A stretch of 64,000 nt of DNA from a virus (lineage: Duplodnaviria; Caudoviricetes): IMG/VR virus record IMGVR_UViG_3300046820_001270, positions 64,001 to 128,000 of that record; one strand, 5' to 3'. The position numbers were made by a program, and so were the translations under genes. Below are positions 25,336-34,506 of this stretch, piece after piece (position 1 is the first letter of the stretch; each line of letters starts with the position of its first letter). The notes below the pieces were generated by a model. It saw only the letters and a list, made by a program, of their open reading frames with translations, had not been told where the DNA came from and searched no databases.

Positions 25336-26751
25336 ATGGATTTATTATTTTCGTACTCCCAACAAAAGAAGGATAAGAATAGAAAGAGAGATGAGTCTAT
25401 TAGTCAATGTTTATTGAGATTACATAAACATAATGATGAGTTGACTTATGAAGGTATATTTGAATTTGATTACGATAGATATGGAAAAGAGCAACACATA
25501 ACTTTTGAACATAATTTAGTTGTTAATTTAATTAGTGGTGATGTGTTTATAAAATACAAAATTAAAAACAATTTAGACACAGATGTTAAGATGTTTAGAA
25601 ACACCGACAGGGAAAAGAAAAATGATTTTAAGTTATTGTTTGATTTAATTGAGAATGGTATTATACGTGGAGAAAAACGAAGAGGGTATTGGGGAGTGAA
25701 ATATGAGAGAGCGGTTGAAAAGATAAGTAATTTATTTGTGCAACACATATTACCAAATTTTAAGTCACAATTTTATAAAGAAAAGAATTACGATTTAAAA
25801 CCTTTTTATAACACTATCTATGATATGTTAGTTGATTATCATTTAGACATTAAAGGTATTAAAGGACATAACGCGGTATATTACGACATTCAAAATGATT
25901 ACCCAAAAAAGAAATGGTTAGATGAAAATGATAATAAATTTTTACCGGCAGTATTAGATTATTATGGAATTAAATCTAAGTATCTTATTAAAGAATTAAG
26001 TCAGAATGTTAGACAAATTCAAATCAGTACGTTAAATTATTTCTGTAAATTATTTGGAGATAATCATGTTGAGTACTTAAAGAAATTTATATGGGAAATA
26101 CATTGTTATGATACACCACCTAACAAAAAAATACATTATTTAAAGAATGATTCGGAAAAAGATTATTTAGTAAAAGTTATTAATGATTGGGAGATAGATA
26201 CAATTAAAACCGATTCATTAATCTATACATTAAACAAATTGTTTACAATTAGAGATCTATTAGAACAAAGAGGACTTAATCTTAAATTCAAAGCAAAGAG
26301 CGATAATGAATTTGACAATATAATGGAGATGTGGTCAGGATTAAAATTACACTTTGCACGTGGGTATAAAGTAAAATACCTTATATCGGAAGATTTTGTA
26401 AAAGAAATAGAAGAAGAAATTATAATTGGTGATGAAATATTCAAACCAAAGATATTACTTACCGAGGACGATTTTAGAATTGAGGGGTTTAATATGAAAA
26501 ATTGTATGTCCAAACAGTTTGCACATGGGGCCATTTACATATTCGTTTCATTACAACATAAGAGGAAAAGAATTAATCTACAATATCGAAAGGGTAATTT
26601 GATACAATCTTATGGTAAAGCAAATACCCCTGTCACTCAAATATTTGAAGACCCAACGAATATATTAACAGAAAGATTTAAGAAATACCCAACAATAGAA
26701 TGGAAGAAAGAAAAATATGACTTTCTAACTAATTCACAATCAATAAGTTAG
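25336..26751 (+). CDS. PcfJ-like domain protein (distant paralog of preceding gene)
   Basis: IEGFNMKNCM ... VSL ... QSYGKAN; shared YPKKKWL..ND.K / YPTEKYLKKNDRK segment. Confidence 0.65.
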   Translation: MDLLFSYSQQKKDKNRKRDESISQCLLRLHKHNDELTYEGIFEFDYDRYGKEQHITFEHNLVVNLISGDVFIKYKIKNNLDTDVKMFRNTDREKKNDFKLLFDLIENGIIRGEKRRGYWGVKYERAVEKISNLFVQHILPNFKSQFYKEKNYDLKPFYNTIYDMLVDYHLDIKGIKGHNAVYYDIQNDYPKKKWLDENDNKFLPAVLDYYGIKSKYLIKELSQNVRQIQISTLNYFCKLFGDNHVEYLKKFIWEIHCYDTPPNKKIHYLKNDSEKDYLVKVINDWEIDTIKTDSLIYTLNKLFTIRDLLEQRGLNLKFKAKSDNEFDNIMEMWSGLKLHFARGYKVKYLISEDFVKEIEEEIIIGDEIFKPKILLTEDDFRIEGFNMKNCMSKQFAHGAIYIFVSLQHKRKRINLQYRKGNLIQSYGKANTPVTQIFEDPTNILTERFKKYPTIEWKKEKYDFLTNSQSIS

Positions 26752-26817
26752 TATTTTTATTCACATTTGTTTTTTATTGCAAAAATAATTTGATATATTT
26801 GTATAAACATTTAAGAT

Positions 26818-26982
26818 ATGCAAGAAAAAGAATCAAAAACAAACACACACTTTTGGATTAGTTTAGTTAAATCTTTTTTTAGGATTTGTGCCGGTGTGGC
26901 TTTATTTGATGGATCATTAATGGAAGCAGGTGGTTTATTAATTATAGCCGAGGCTCTCGGTATCGCTGAAGAAATATTTTAA
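26818..26982 (+). CDS. 54-aa membrane protein (not in ORF track)
   Basis: MQEKESKTNTHFWISLVKS...AEALGIAEEIF; TATATTTG at 26794-26801. Confidence 0.7.
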   Translation: MQEKESKTNTHFWISLVKSFFRICAGVALFDGSLMEAGGLLIIAEALGIAEEIF

Positions 26983-26984
26983 TT

Positions 26985-27245
26985 ATGAAAACATTTAAAG
27001 ATTTAACATTTGAACCTCATCCATCTGGAACGGGTAAAATAGCAAGAATGGAATTCGGTAATCAACATGGAATAAGTGTTGTTCAAGGACATATATTTTT
27101 ACATGAAATCGATTTATTTGACATGGCGGAAATATTTAATGGAGAAGTTGTGACATCAACTAACATTATGGAGGCAACTGAAGAAGATATTACAAATAAA
27201 ATGATTGAATTACAAAAACAAGTAAATTATGGGAATATTAAATAA
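26985..27245 (+). CDS. hypothetical protein
   Basis: 86-aa ORF in operon. Confidence 0.75.
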   Translation: MKTFKDLTFEPHPSGTGKIARMEFGNQHGISVVQGHIFLHEIDLFDMAEIFNGEVVTSTNIMEATEEDITNKMIELQKQVNYGNIK

Positions 27246-27531
27246 ATCAGAAAATTGGTGGTTAAGATTATCATTAGTTTTATTTGCGTTAATTACGTTA
27301 GGATCGGCGTCAGTTATTAATAGAAGTGTAACTTCGGAAAAACAAATATTAACCGACAGTTTGAATTATTATAAATTACAAGTTGATAGTTTATATGACG
27401 AAAATTTCCAATTAAATCATCACAATGGTTTACAAGAATTGATGATTTATAATTTAAGTTCTGAAAATCCAAAATATAAAGATTTAGAAAAAGATTTAGA
27501 AAAAGAAAGAAATGGTAACAAATATGAATAA
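27229..27531 (+). CDS. hypothetical protein with N-terminal TM/signal segment
   Basis: WWLRLSLVLFALITLG followed by coiled coil. Confidence 0.7.
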   Translation: MGILNKSENWWLRLSLVLFALITLGSASVINRSVTSEKQILTDSLNYYKLQVDSLYDENFQLNHHNGLQELMIYNLSSENPKYKDLEKDLEKERNGNKYE

Positions 27532-27832
27532 GAAAGAAACAGAAATATTTTTAGGTGCGGGGAATAATATGGAGATGAAATCATCTCAATATGTTAATAC
27601 ACATCAAACATTACATTTAACCACACCCGAAAACGGAGCGATAAGTTTGAATGTTGAAATATCGGCAGATTTTAACACAATACCGCAAGAATATCATGAA
27701 GTATTTTTAAACATGATGTCAGCAAAATATTTAGGTAGAGTTTCATTTGGAGATAACCCATTCTCACAATGTCAACCTGTACCTAAAAGAAAATGGTATC
27801 AATTTTGGAAAAGTAAAACTTTAAGTATATGA
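27524..27832 (+). CDS. hypothetical protein
   Basis: ORF ending KWYQFWK; start likely ATG 27524. Confidence 0.7.
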   Translation: MNKKETEIFLGAGNNMEMKSSQYVNTHQTLHLTTPENGAISLNVEISADFNTIPQEYHEVFLNMMSAKYLGRVSFGDNPFSQCQPVPKRKWYQFWKSKTLSI

Positions 27833-27969
27833 TTTATTTTATTATTGGTATTATTGGAAGCATTTTGTGGATTGCTTATGAAATGTATACAGCACCCATG
27901 ATGGACGAAGATGGAAGAATTACTAAACCAGGTAATAAATTATCAGATCTATTTAAAAAGAAAATATGA
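27829..27969 (+). CDS. 46-aa membrane peptide (not in ORF track)
   Basis: MIYFIIGIIGSILWIAYEMYTAP..., ATGA overlap with upstream stop. Confidence 0.65.
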   Translation: MIYFIIGIIGSILWIAYEMYTAPMMDEDGRITKPGNKLSDLFKKKI

Positions 27970-27992
27970 TATTTATCATATAAACAACTAAT

Positions 27993-28394
27993 ATGGCATA
28001 TTCAGATAAAGTAATTGATCATTATTCTAACCCCAAAAACGTAGGAACATTAGACAAATCCAAATCAAACGTTGGTACTGGATTAGTGGGAGCACCTGAA
28101 TGTGGTGATGTTATGAGATTACAAATTGAAGTGGTAGATAACATTATAGTTGACGCTAAATTCAAAACCTTTGGATGTGGTTCAGCGATAGCTTCATCAT
28201 CGGTTGCAACAGAATGGTTAAAAGGTAAATCATTAGATGACGCAATAACAATTGATAATATGGATTTGGTAGAGGAACTAAACTTACCACCAGTTAAAAT
28301 ACATTGTAGTGTACTCGCAGAAGATGCGATTAAATCTGCGATAAATGATTACCGTGTTAAAAACGGTATGGATGAATTAGTATTTAAACATTAG
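27993..28394 (+). CDS. iscU: Fe-S cluster scaffold IscU
   Basis: YSDKVIDH, APECGD, FKTFGCGSAIASSS, LPPVKIHCSVLA. Confidence 0.95.
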   Translation: MAYSDKVIDHYSNPKNVGTLDKSKSNVGTGLVGAPECGDVMRLQIEVVDNIIVDAKFKTFGCGSAIASSSVATEWLKGKSLDDAITIDNMDLVEELNLPPVKIHCSVLAEDAIKSAINDYRVKNGMDELVFKH

Positions 28395-28395
28395 T

Positions 28396-28728
28396 ATGAT
28401 TACAATATCAGAAAAGGCTTTAAGTCATTTATTTGAATTAATGGTTAGTGAAGGTTTAACTACCGATACTCACCATCTTCGTGTTGGCGTTAAAGGAGGA
28501 GGGTGTAGTGGTTTATCTTACGTAATGGACTTCGATGACACAACAGAAGAATTTGATGAAGTTATCCAACTTGATGGAGGTTTAAAGGTTGTAATTGATA
28601 GAAAATCAGTTCTTTATCTATATGGTACTGAATTAGATTATTCCGACGGACTAAATGGAAAAGGATTCCAATGGGGTAATCCAAATGCAAGTCGGACTTG
28701 TGGATGTGGAGAAAGTTTTGCTCTCTAA
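28396..28728 (+). CDS. iscA: Fe-S cluster carrier IscA/HesB family
   Basis: GGGCSGLSY and terminal CGCGESF. Confidence 0.95.
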   Translation: MITISEKALSHLFELMVSEGLTTDTHHLRVGVKGGGCSGLSYVMDFDDTTEEFDEVIQLDGGLKVVIDRKSVLYLYGTELDYSDGLNGKGFQWGNPNASRTCGCGESFAL

Positions 28729-28763
28729 TTTTTATTTTACATTTATTTTTATTATATTTTACT

Positions 28764-28961
28764 ATGGAACAAATAATAGGTGACTACAAACAATTTGTGG
28801 TATTGGAAAGAACAGTATTAGATGAGTTACTTAAACGTGCTGACGAATTAAGTGAAATGAGTGATGCGTATAGTGGTGTTAGGGCCACCGAAATTAGAAA
28901 TGTTGTGAATTTCATTAAAGAAAATAACATTTATAATAAGGATTTTAAAATTAAAAGTTAA
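28764..28961 (+). CDS. hypothetical protein
   Basis: Start likely ATG 28764 (MEQIIG). Confidence 0.6.
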   Translation: MEQIIGDYKQFVVLERTVLDELLKRADELSEMSDAYSGVRATEIRNVVNFIKENNIYNKDFKIKS

Positions 28962-29060
28962 ATAATATGCAAATGTTAATTATATTAGGATATGTTGGAT
29001 TTGCAACACTATCCGTTTTTTCGTTTATTAATATTATTAGACAAATTAATAAAATACCAA

Positions 29061-29750
29061 ATGAAAAAGATTAAACATCCTTTGGTTAATGGGGTAGTTA
29101 AAGAAATTGTTCCACGAATATATTGTGTCATAGTTGATGATGATTATGATCGAGCAATGTTGTTCTGTCGTTATCAAGAGTTCTATGAATCACCATATAA
29201 AAAATTCAGAGGGAAACCATTCACGTGGATGGAGTATATGAGATTCTATAAAGACGCTTGGAAGAAAGATGTGTTTACATATCCTGAAGATTGGTCTGGT
29301 TATAACATACCAAGTAATATAATGGATAAAGCAAATAATGTTTTCCACAAACAAACCGAGTATGATGAAATCATGAACGATATCTATTTTTATTGTGCGA
29401 TCGATTCACAAAATAAAAATGAGGGAACAAGATGTGATTGGTATTTGATTGGAGCAAGTTCTAAAGATAAAGGAACTATGAATCACGAAATTGCTCACGG
29501 GTTATATTATACCAACAAAGTATATAAAAAGATGGTTGATATATTAATCGGTAATATTAAACCAACTCACTACGATAAGTTGAAAAAGAAACTCATTAAG
29601 ATGGGTTATGTTGATGATAAGAAGATTATTGATGATGAGATCCAAGCATTCATGTCGACAGGTTTATATAATGGATTGGACACAAAAGAACTAAAAGTGT
29701 ACGAAAAGGAGTTTAAAAACAATTTTAAAAAGTTTAACAATGTTACTTAG
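29061..29750 (+). CDS. hypothetical protein with HExxH motif (possible Zn metallopeptidase fold)
   Basis: HEIAH and downstream DEIQAF; start likely ATG 29061. Confidence 0.6.
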   Translation: MKKIKHPLVNGVVKEIVPRIYCVIVDDDYDRAMLFCRYQEFYESPYKKFRGKPFTWMEYMRFYKDAWKKDVFTYPEDWSGYNIPSNIMDKANNVFHKQTEYDEIMNDIYFYCAIDSQNKNEGTRCDWYLIGASSKDKGTMNHEIAHGLYYTNKVYKKMVDILIGNIKPTHYDKLKKKLIKMGYVDDKKIIDDEIQAFMSTGLYNGLDTKELKVYEKEFKNNFKKFNNVT

Positions 29751-29883
29751 TTATTTAGTTGGATTCGGTTGTAGTTTTATATTGGCGGCGGTTGTCTCAT
29801 TCTTTTGGGTGAGGGGAATTGACCATATGAAAGAAAATCACCCCGATTACGAAGGTGAGGACTTTTTTGATAGAAATAATTGA
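29740..29883 (+). CDS. 47-aa membrane peptide (not in ORF track)
   Basis: MLLSYLVGFG...HPDYEGEDFFDRNN. Confidence 0.6.
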   Translation: MLLSYLVGFGCSFILAAVVSFFWVRGIDHMKENHPDYEGEDFFDRNN

Positions 29884-29893
29884 TAAATTGGGA

Positions 29894-29900
29894 TATTTAT
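29894..29900 (+). promoter_or_regulatory. putative late-promoter motif TATTTAT
   Basis: 6 nt before ATG 29907. Confidence 0.5.
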
Positions 29901-29906
29901 ATTGAT

Positions 29907-31373
29907 ATGAAGAAAAGAACCCTTAAAGAAGAAATAGAAAGAATACGTACCATAACATATGGTAAAAATGTTTTATTTGAGAATGATTTCCTAAATACAT
30001 TAATACAAGGAGATGACGACGATAATGTAAAACCATATGACGATCCCGAAAAGGCGGATTTAGTTGACGATAACGTAAGGAAATTCCTAAACGATTTAAA
30101 ATCAATTGATCATGAGTTATCTGAGCAAAAATTCGGTAGTATGGAATTTCAAAAAGAGGTTGAATTGGTTCAAATTGGATTAGTTCTATTAGGATATGAA
30201 TTACCAGTTCACGGTGTTGATGGGTATTTCGGTCCTGAAACGGCAGTTGCGGTTAGAAAATACAAGACGGATAATAATATTTTATCGGAATCTTCATCAC
30301 CATATAAAGGTGGTGGAAACATAACAGTTAATAGTGATATTGACAATAATATCGACGAAAGATTACAGGATAAAATTGAATCTATCGCATCTGAATATGG
30401 TAAACCATTTAGAATTAAATCAGGTTATAGGGATCCTAAAAGAAATGATATAGCTGGTGGTGCAAGTGATTCGGCTCATCTTAGACATAACGCAGTTGAT
30501 ATCGGATTACAAGACGAATCAATTGAAAATACATTAAAATTTATTGCAATTGCGTCTAAAAATGGTATTGGTGGTATTGGTGTTTATGGTCCGGGTAGTA
30601 TACACATAGACTTAGAAGGTCGTAGATCTTGGGGACCAACTTTTAAACGAGCTTCCGTTCCTTCTTGGGCTGAATCGACTATTCAAGATCATTTAAATAG
30701 TAAAATAGATACTGGATATGTGTCTAATTATGACTCAAGTTCAGATAGTCCATCGTCAGATGGTGTAAATGAAACCATCTCAACAGAAATGATACAATCT
30801 ATATCGTCTAAATTAGAAACTAGGGGGGTGACTAAAGATGAATTAGAAAAATTAGTTGATAAAGTTAGTACTGGCGGTGGTGATATTTTCACCGACTTAG
30901 ACTTAACAAATGAAGAAGATTATAAAATATACGCGAAAATTTGTGAATTGTATTTAAAAACGAGACAACCTAATCCATTGGGAATTACGGGTACAATGTT
31001 GGCAGATGGTGCTAAATCGGCATTTATTAAACATAGTAAATACGTACCACCAGAATTAGCATTGGCTCAATTGGCGGCTGAAGGTGGAGTAGGTGATCCT
31101 AATGTTAATAACAAACCAGTAAGAACTAAAAACCCTTATAATATTGCAAACATGGACGACGGTTCAATAAGAACCTATTCAACAATACAAACGGCGATTG
31201 ATGCATATTTTGACCTAATCTCTCGTAATTATTTAGGTAAAGGAAAAACATCTAACGATTTGATTTACAACTTTGTAAATCATGAAAATCAAAGATATGC
31301 AAAAGAAGAGGATTATGAAGATGTTGTAACATCAATTGCAAAACAAGTAAAAAAAATAGCAAATACTATTTAA
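29907..31373 (+). CDS. multidomain peptidoglycan hydrolase: PG-binding + M15A peptidase + glucosaminidase-like domain
   Basis: VQIGL...VDGYFGPET; GYR...SAH...AVDI...IHID; LALAQLAAE...NPYNI...YA. Confidence 0.8.
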   Translation: MKKRTLKEEIERIRTITYGKNVLFENDFLNTLIQGDDDDNVKPYDDPEKADLVDDNVRKFLNDLKSIDHELSEQKFGSMEFQKEVELVQIGLVLLGYELPVHGVDGYFGPETAVAVRKYKTDNNILSESSSPYKGGGNITVNSDIDNNIDERLQDKIESIASEYGKPFRIKSGYRDPKRNDIAGGASDSAHLRHNAVDIGLQDESIENTLKFIAIASKNGIGGIGVYGPGSIHIDLEGRRSWGPTFKRASVPSWAESTIQDHLNSKIDTGYVSNYDSSSDSPSSDGVNETISTEMIQSISSKLETRGVTKDELEKLVDKVSTGGGDIFTDLDLTNEEDYKIYAKICELYLKTRQPNPLGITGTMLADGAKSAFIKHSKYVPPELALAQLAAEGGVGDPNVNNKPVRTKNPYNIANMDDGSIRTYSTIQTAIDAYFDLISRNYLGKGKTSNDLIYNFVNHENQRYAKEEDYEDVVTSIAKQVKKIANTI

Positions 31374-31396
31374 AATATTTTGATTTATTAAAAAAG

Positions 31397-31427
31397 AAGT
31401 TTAGATTTACACTCTAAACTTTTTTTT
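31397..31427 (+). terminator. intrinsic terminator
   Basis: aagtttaga / tctaaactt stem plus T-run. Confidence 0.65.
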
Positions 31428-31814
31428 ATGCCAAATGAAATTTGTATTATCTGCGGAAAACAAACTACCATTGATGTAAACACACATATCGATTTAAGAT
31501 ATGGTTATGTTGAAGGTGCTGGTCAATGTTGTAAACAATGTTATGATAAAACTTACGGACCATCTGAAGATTATGTCAGTACCGTAATGAGAAATCGAAC
31601 AACACTTATCACAATCTCGGCCGAAGACATTTTAAACACATCAAACGATCAAGAACTTGGAGCTAAGGTTAGACAAAAGTATTGGGAGATTACGGGAGAA
31701 ACACCTGAACCACAAATGATATGTAGTCATTGTGGACAAGACACGTCTGAGATTGATTATGATTACTTAGTCAATACAGATCATTTAGAATGTGTACTTA
31801 AAATGAATCCATAA
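31428..31814 (+). CDS. hypothetical protein with CxxC motifs
   Basis: CIICG, CKQC, CSHCG. Confidence 0.7.
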   Translation: MPNEICIICGKQTTIDVNTHIDLRYGYVEGAGQCCKQCYDKTYGPSEDYVSTVMRNRTTLITISAEDILNTSNDQELGAKVRQKYWEITGETPEPQMICSHCGQDTSEIDYDYLVNTDHLECVLKMNP

Positions 31815-32275
31815 TGAATATATTTTATTTAGACAAATCACCGACTAAGTGTGCACAATATCATAATGATAAACATGTCGTTAAAATGATATTGGAAACT
31901 GCCCAATTACTTTGTGGATCTCATTGGGCAACGGGAGGTCAAGCACAATATAAATTATCCCACGTTAATCATCCATCTGCAAAATGGGTGAGAGAAGATC
32001 TACATAACTACATATGGTTATGTGAACTTGGTATCCACCTTTGTTATGAATATACCCACAGATATGGGAAGACACATAAGTCCTATGATGTGATCTTGTG
32101 GTGTTGTGATAACCACCCTAAAATACCCGATATTAAATTTACCCCACCACCAATGGCTATGCCTGACGAGTATAGAGGGGTGAATACTATACAATCTTAT
32201 AGAAATTACTATATGGGTGAGAAAAGATTGTTCTGCACTTGGAAGAATAGAGACATCCCAAGTTGGTTTAATTAA
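31814..32275 (+). CDS. pyrimidine-dimer DNA glycosylase (DenV/Pyr_excise)-like protein
   Basis: MNIFYLD...DKHVVKMILE.AQLL, NHPSAKW, EYTHRYGKTH, YRNYY. Confidence 0.75.
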   Translation: MNIFYLDKSPTKCAQYHNDKHVVKMILETAQLLCGSHWATGGQAQYKLSHVNHPSAKWVREDLHNYIWLCELGIHLCYEYTHRYGKTHKSYDVILWCCDNHPKIPDIKFTPPPMAMPDEYRGVNTIQSYRNYYMGEKRLFCTWKNRDIPSWFN

Positions 32276-32286
32276 TATAATCGGAG

Positions 32287-32293
32287 TATTTAT
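32287..32293 (+). promoter_or_regulatory. putative late-promoter motif TATTTAT
   Basis: Upstream of ATG 32316. Confidence 0.5.
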
Positions 32294-32315
32294 ATAGACA
32301 TAGAAGTATACTCAA

Positions 32316-33551
32316 ATGAAAGAAATATCAAAGAAAGACTTATTAGTTCAATTAAGAGAACAAGGTGAAGTGGATGAGTTCGCTTATTCTAAAAAAGGAA
32401 CACAGGACACATCTAATAAACTTGCGGCGTTCAGACCTATTTTTAGAGATGGGAATAATACAGATATACCTGATGGATGGGAACTTAAAAAGTTAAATAC
32501 AATTGAAGACCCTAACACAGGTATAAAGAGAAAGGAACTTGTTCCTGGTAGTGAACGTATTTGGATCCCGTTGGATGGTATGGAATTGGAGGCTTTTAAA
32601 GAGGCAAACCAAGAATGGTTAGATAGTTTAGCGGATCAATATGGAATGGAACCTGAATTGGTGGCAGCTAAAAAAGTTAAAGATCAACCAAGAAGTGGTA
32701 AGGCGGGAACAACATATCAACATTCAGGTAATATTAAACCAGCAACTACTAAAATTAAAATAGAACTTAATCGTACAGTTGAAGAATACTTAGGTAATCC
32801 TGAAGTATCGGCTCGTTTAGAAAGATTGAGTATCCCTGAGATTAAATCAAGAGATAGAAAACATTTAAATAGATATGGTAGAGTAGATAATGATCAAATC
32901 AATTATCAAACACATACGTTCAATTCATACTTATCGTCAACTCAGTTTTTAAAGTTCGTAACAGCGAGAATTAGTGGTAAGAAATTAGAAGATGAATATA
33001 AATCATATCATTTGGCTCGTCAGTTTAACCAACAATACATGAATTGGGAAGAGACCAAGAAGAATAGCCAACAATATTTGGGTAAAACCCCGTCATATAT
33101 GTTGGACGCTTATGGTTTTGATGAGGCAAATTTGGATGTAACGGTTAGAATGGACTTATCAATTAAAGGACAACTACTTGATAATCAATATCTTTGGACT
33201 GTTAGATTTAAAACTAAATTCGGTAGAAAACTTAAGGAAGACAGATGGGTTAATAATGGTTTGGAATTAGATAGAGATGAAACAATTAGAAAGACCGCAG
33301 AATTGGAACCAGGAACTGAATTTAACGATAAAATGACGGTTATGGATAGTTTACCTATCAAGACCGCACTTATCGAAGCATTGGACGAATTAAAGGACAT
33401 GATTATGACCCAATTCAAACCAGTTGAGATGTTGAAGAAAGCTAACGTTAAACAATACGATATTACCAAGAAAAATAACGTTAATGAAAGTGTTAATGTA
33501 GCAAAACAAGTTATTAATAAAATTAATGATATAAAGAAACCAAAAAAATAA
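32316..33551 (+). CDS. hypothetical protein, probable virion-internal
   Basis: 411-aa ORF, late motif, LRE near N-terminus and VNE near C-terminus. Confidence 0.8.
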   Translation: MKEISKKDLLVQLREQGEVDEFAYSKKGTQDTSNKLAAFRPIFRDGNNTDIPDGWELKKLNTIEDPNTGIKRKELVPGSERIWIPLDGMELEAFKEANQEWLDSLADQYGMEPELVAAKKVKDQPRSGKAGTTYQHSGNIKPATTKIKIELNRTVEEYLGNPEVSARLERLSIPEIKSRDRKHLNRYGRVDNDQINYQTHTFNSYLSSTQFLKFVTARISGKKLEDEYKSYHLARQFNQQYMNWEETKKNSQQYLGKTPSYMLDAYGFDEANLDVTVRMDLSIKGQLLDNQYLWTVRFKTKFGRKLKEDRWVNNGLELDRDETIRKTAELEPGTEFNDKMTVMDSLPIKTALIEALDELKDMIMTQFKPVEMLKKANVKQYDITKKNNVNESVNVAKQVINKINDIKKPKK

Positions 33552-33606
33552 AGAGCCCCTCCCTGGATAGTATCCTTGGATTGACACACGTACGTGTTTC
33601 GCCCTG

Positions 33607-33635
33607 ATCCCCACATTTCTGTGGGGATTTTTTTT
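33607..33635 (+). terminator. intrinsic terminator
   Basis: atccccac / gtggggat stem, 6-nt loop, T-run. Confidence 0.8.
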
Positions 33636-33687
33636 GTACGAATTTTTATTTGTCATTATATTTTGTTATATTTTATTTAATAAATAA

Positions 33688-34503
33688 ATGATAATTAAAA
33701 TGATAAACATTGATACCACATTAATTCACAAAGAAAACTTATTCAATCAATTAGAAGACTCCCTAATTGAAAAGGAAAGTTTTAGTGATCAATATGAAAG
33801 AGTTAGAAAGAAAAGAATATGGGAACAAGAAGAATCTACAGTAAATATTTTAAAAAAATTTATTAATAATGAAATTGACTTATCTGATAAGGAAATTTGG
33901 GATAGTTTAAGGAGTGGAATTTGCAGATATTCTGAACAAAATGATTTAGAACCAATTCAATTTGTTAAAACTTTAATAATAGAATATTATAAAAATATTG
34001 TATCGGCAAAATCACTAATATTAAGTTTAGGTAAGGACCCATCAAGACAAAATCTTTCAGAAGAATTACAAGAACAAACTTGGAAAGAAAATGGAATTAC
34101 TTTAAAAAAATTAACACAGAGTGGTAAAAAAAGTTTACATATTTATAATGGAGAGTGGGTTAAAGGAAAAGATTTAGTAGAAAACGATAAAGGATTAGCC
34201 ACGAAGGCAATGGACTTTAAAGTAGTTAGTTCGTTATATAACATAGTAACATATAATAAATATAATAAATGGATTGGTGGTTCTACTAAAGATGTTTTTA
34301 ATGATGTAAATAAAACCATTGAAGATTTTAATTCAATTAAAAATAATGATACAAAATTATTAATTATTTTAGATGGAAAATATTGGGACGATGGATGTAG
34401 AAATTCTTTAATGAGATATAATAATAAAATGTTAATGATTACTTGTACTGACGATTGTGGATGTCAAGAAGTTATTGATTTTATAGGAATAAAAAAAGAT
34501 TAA
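33688..34503 (+). CDS. putative type II restriction endonuclease (PD-(D/E)xK-like)
   Basis: KAMDF...NKYNK..GG...D...IILDG.YW; directly upstream of a methyltransferase. Confidence 0.5.
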   Translation: MIIKMINIDTTLIHKENLFNQLEDSLIEKESFSDQYERVRKKRIWEQEESTVNILKKFINNEIDLSDKEIWDSLRSGICRYSEQNDLEPIQFVKTLIIEYYKNIVSAKSLILSLGKDPSRQNLSEELQEQTWKENGITLKKLTQSGKKSLHIYNGEWVKGKDLVENDKGLATKAMDFKVVSSLYNIVTYNKYNKWIGGSTKDVFNDVNKTIEDFNSIKNNDTKLLIILDGKYWDDGCRNSLMRYNNKMLMITCTDDCGCQEVIDFIGIKKD

Positions 34504-34506
34504 TTA

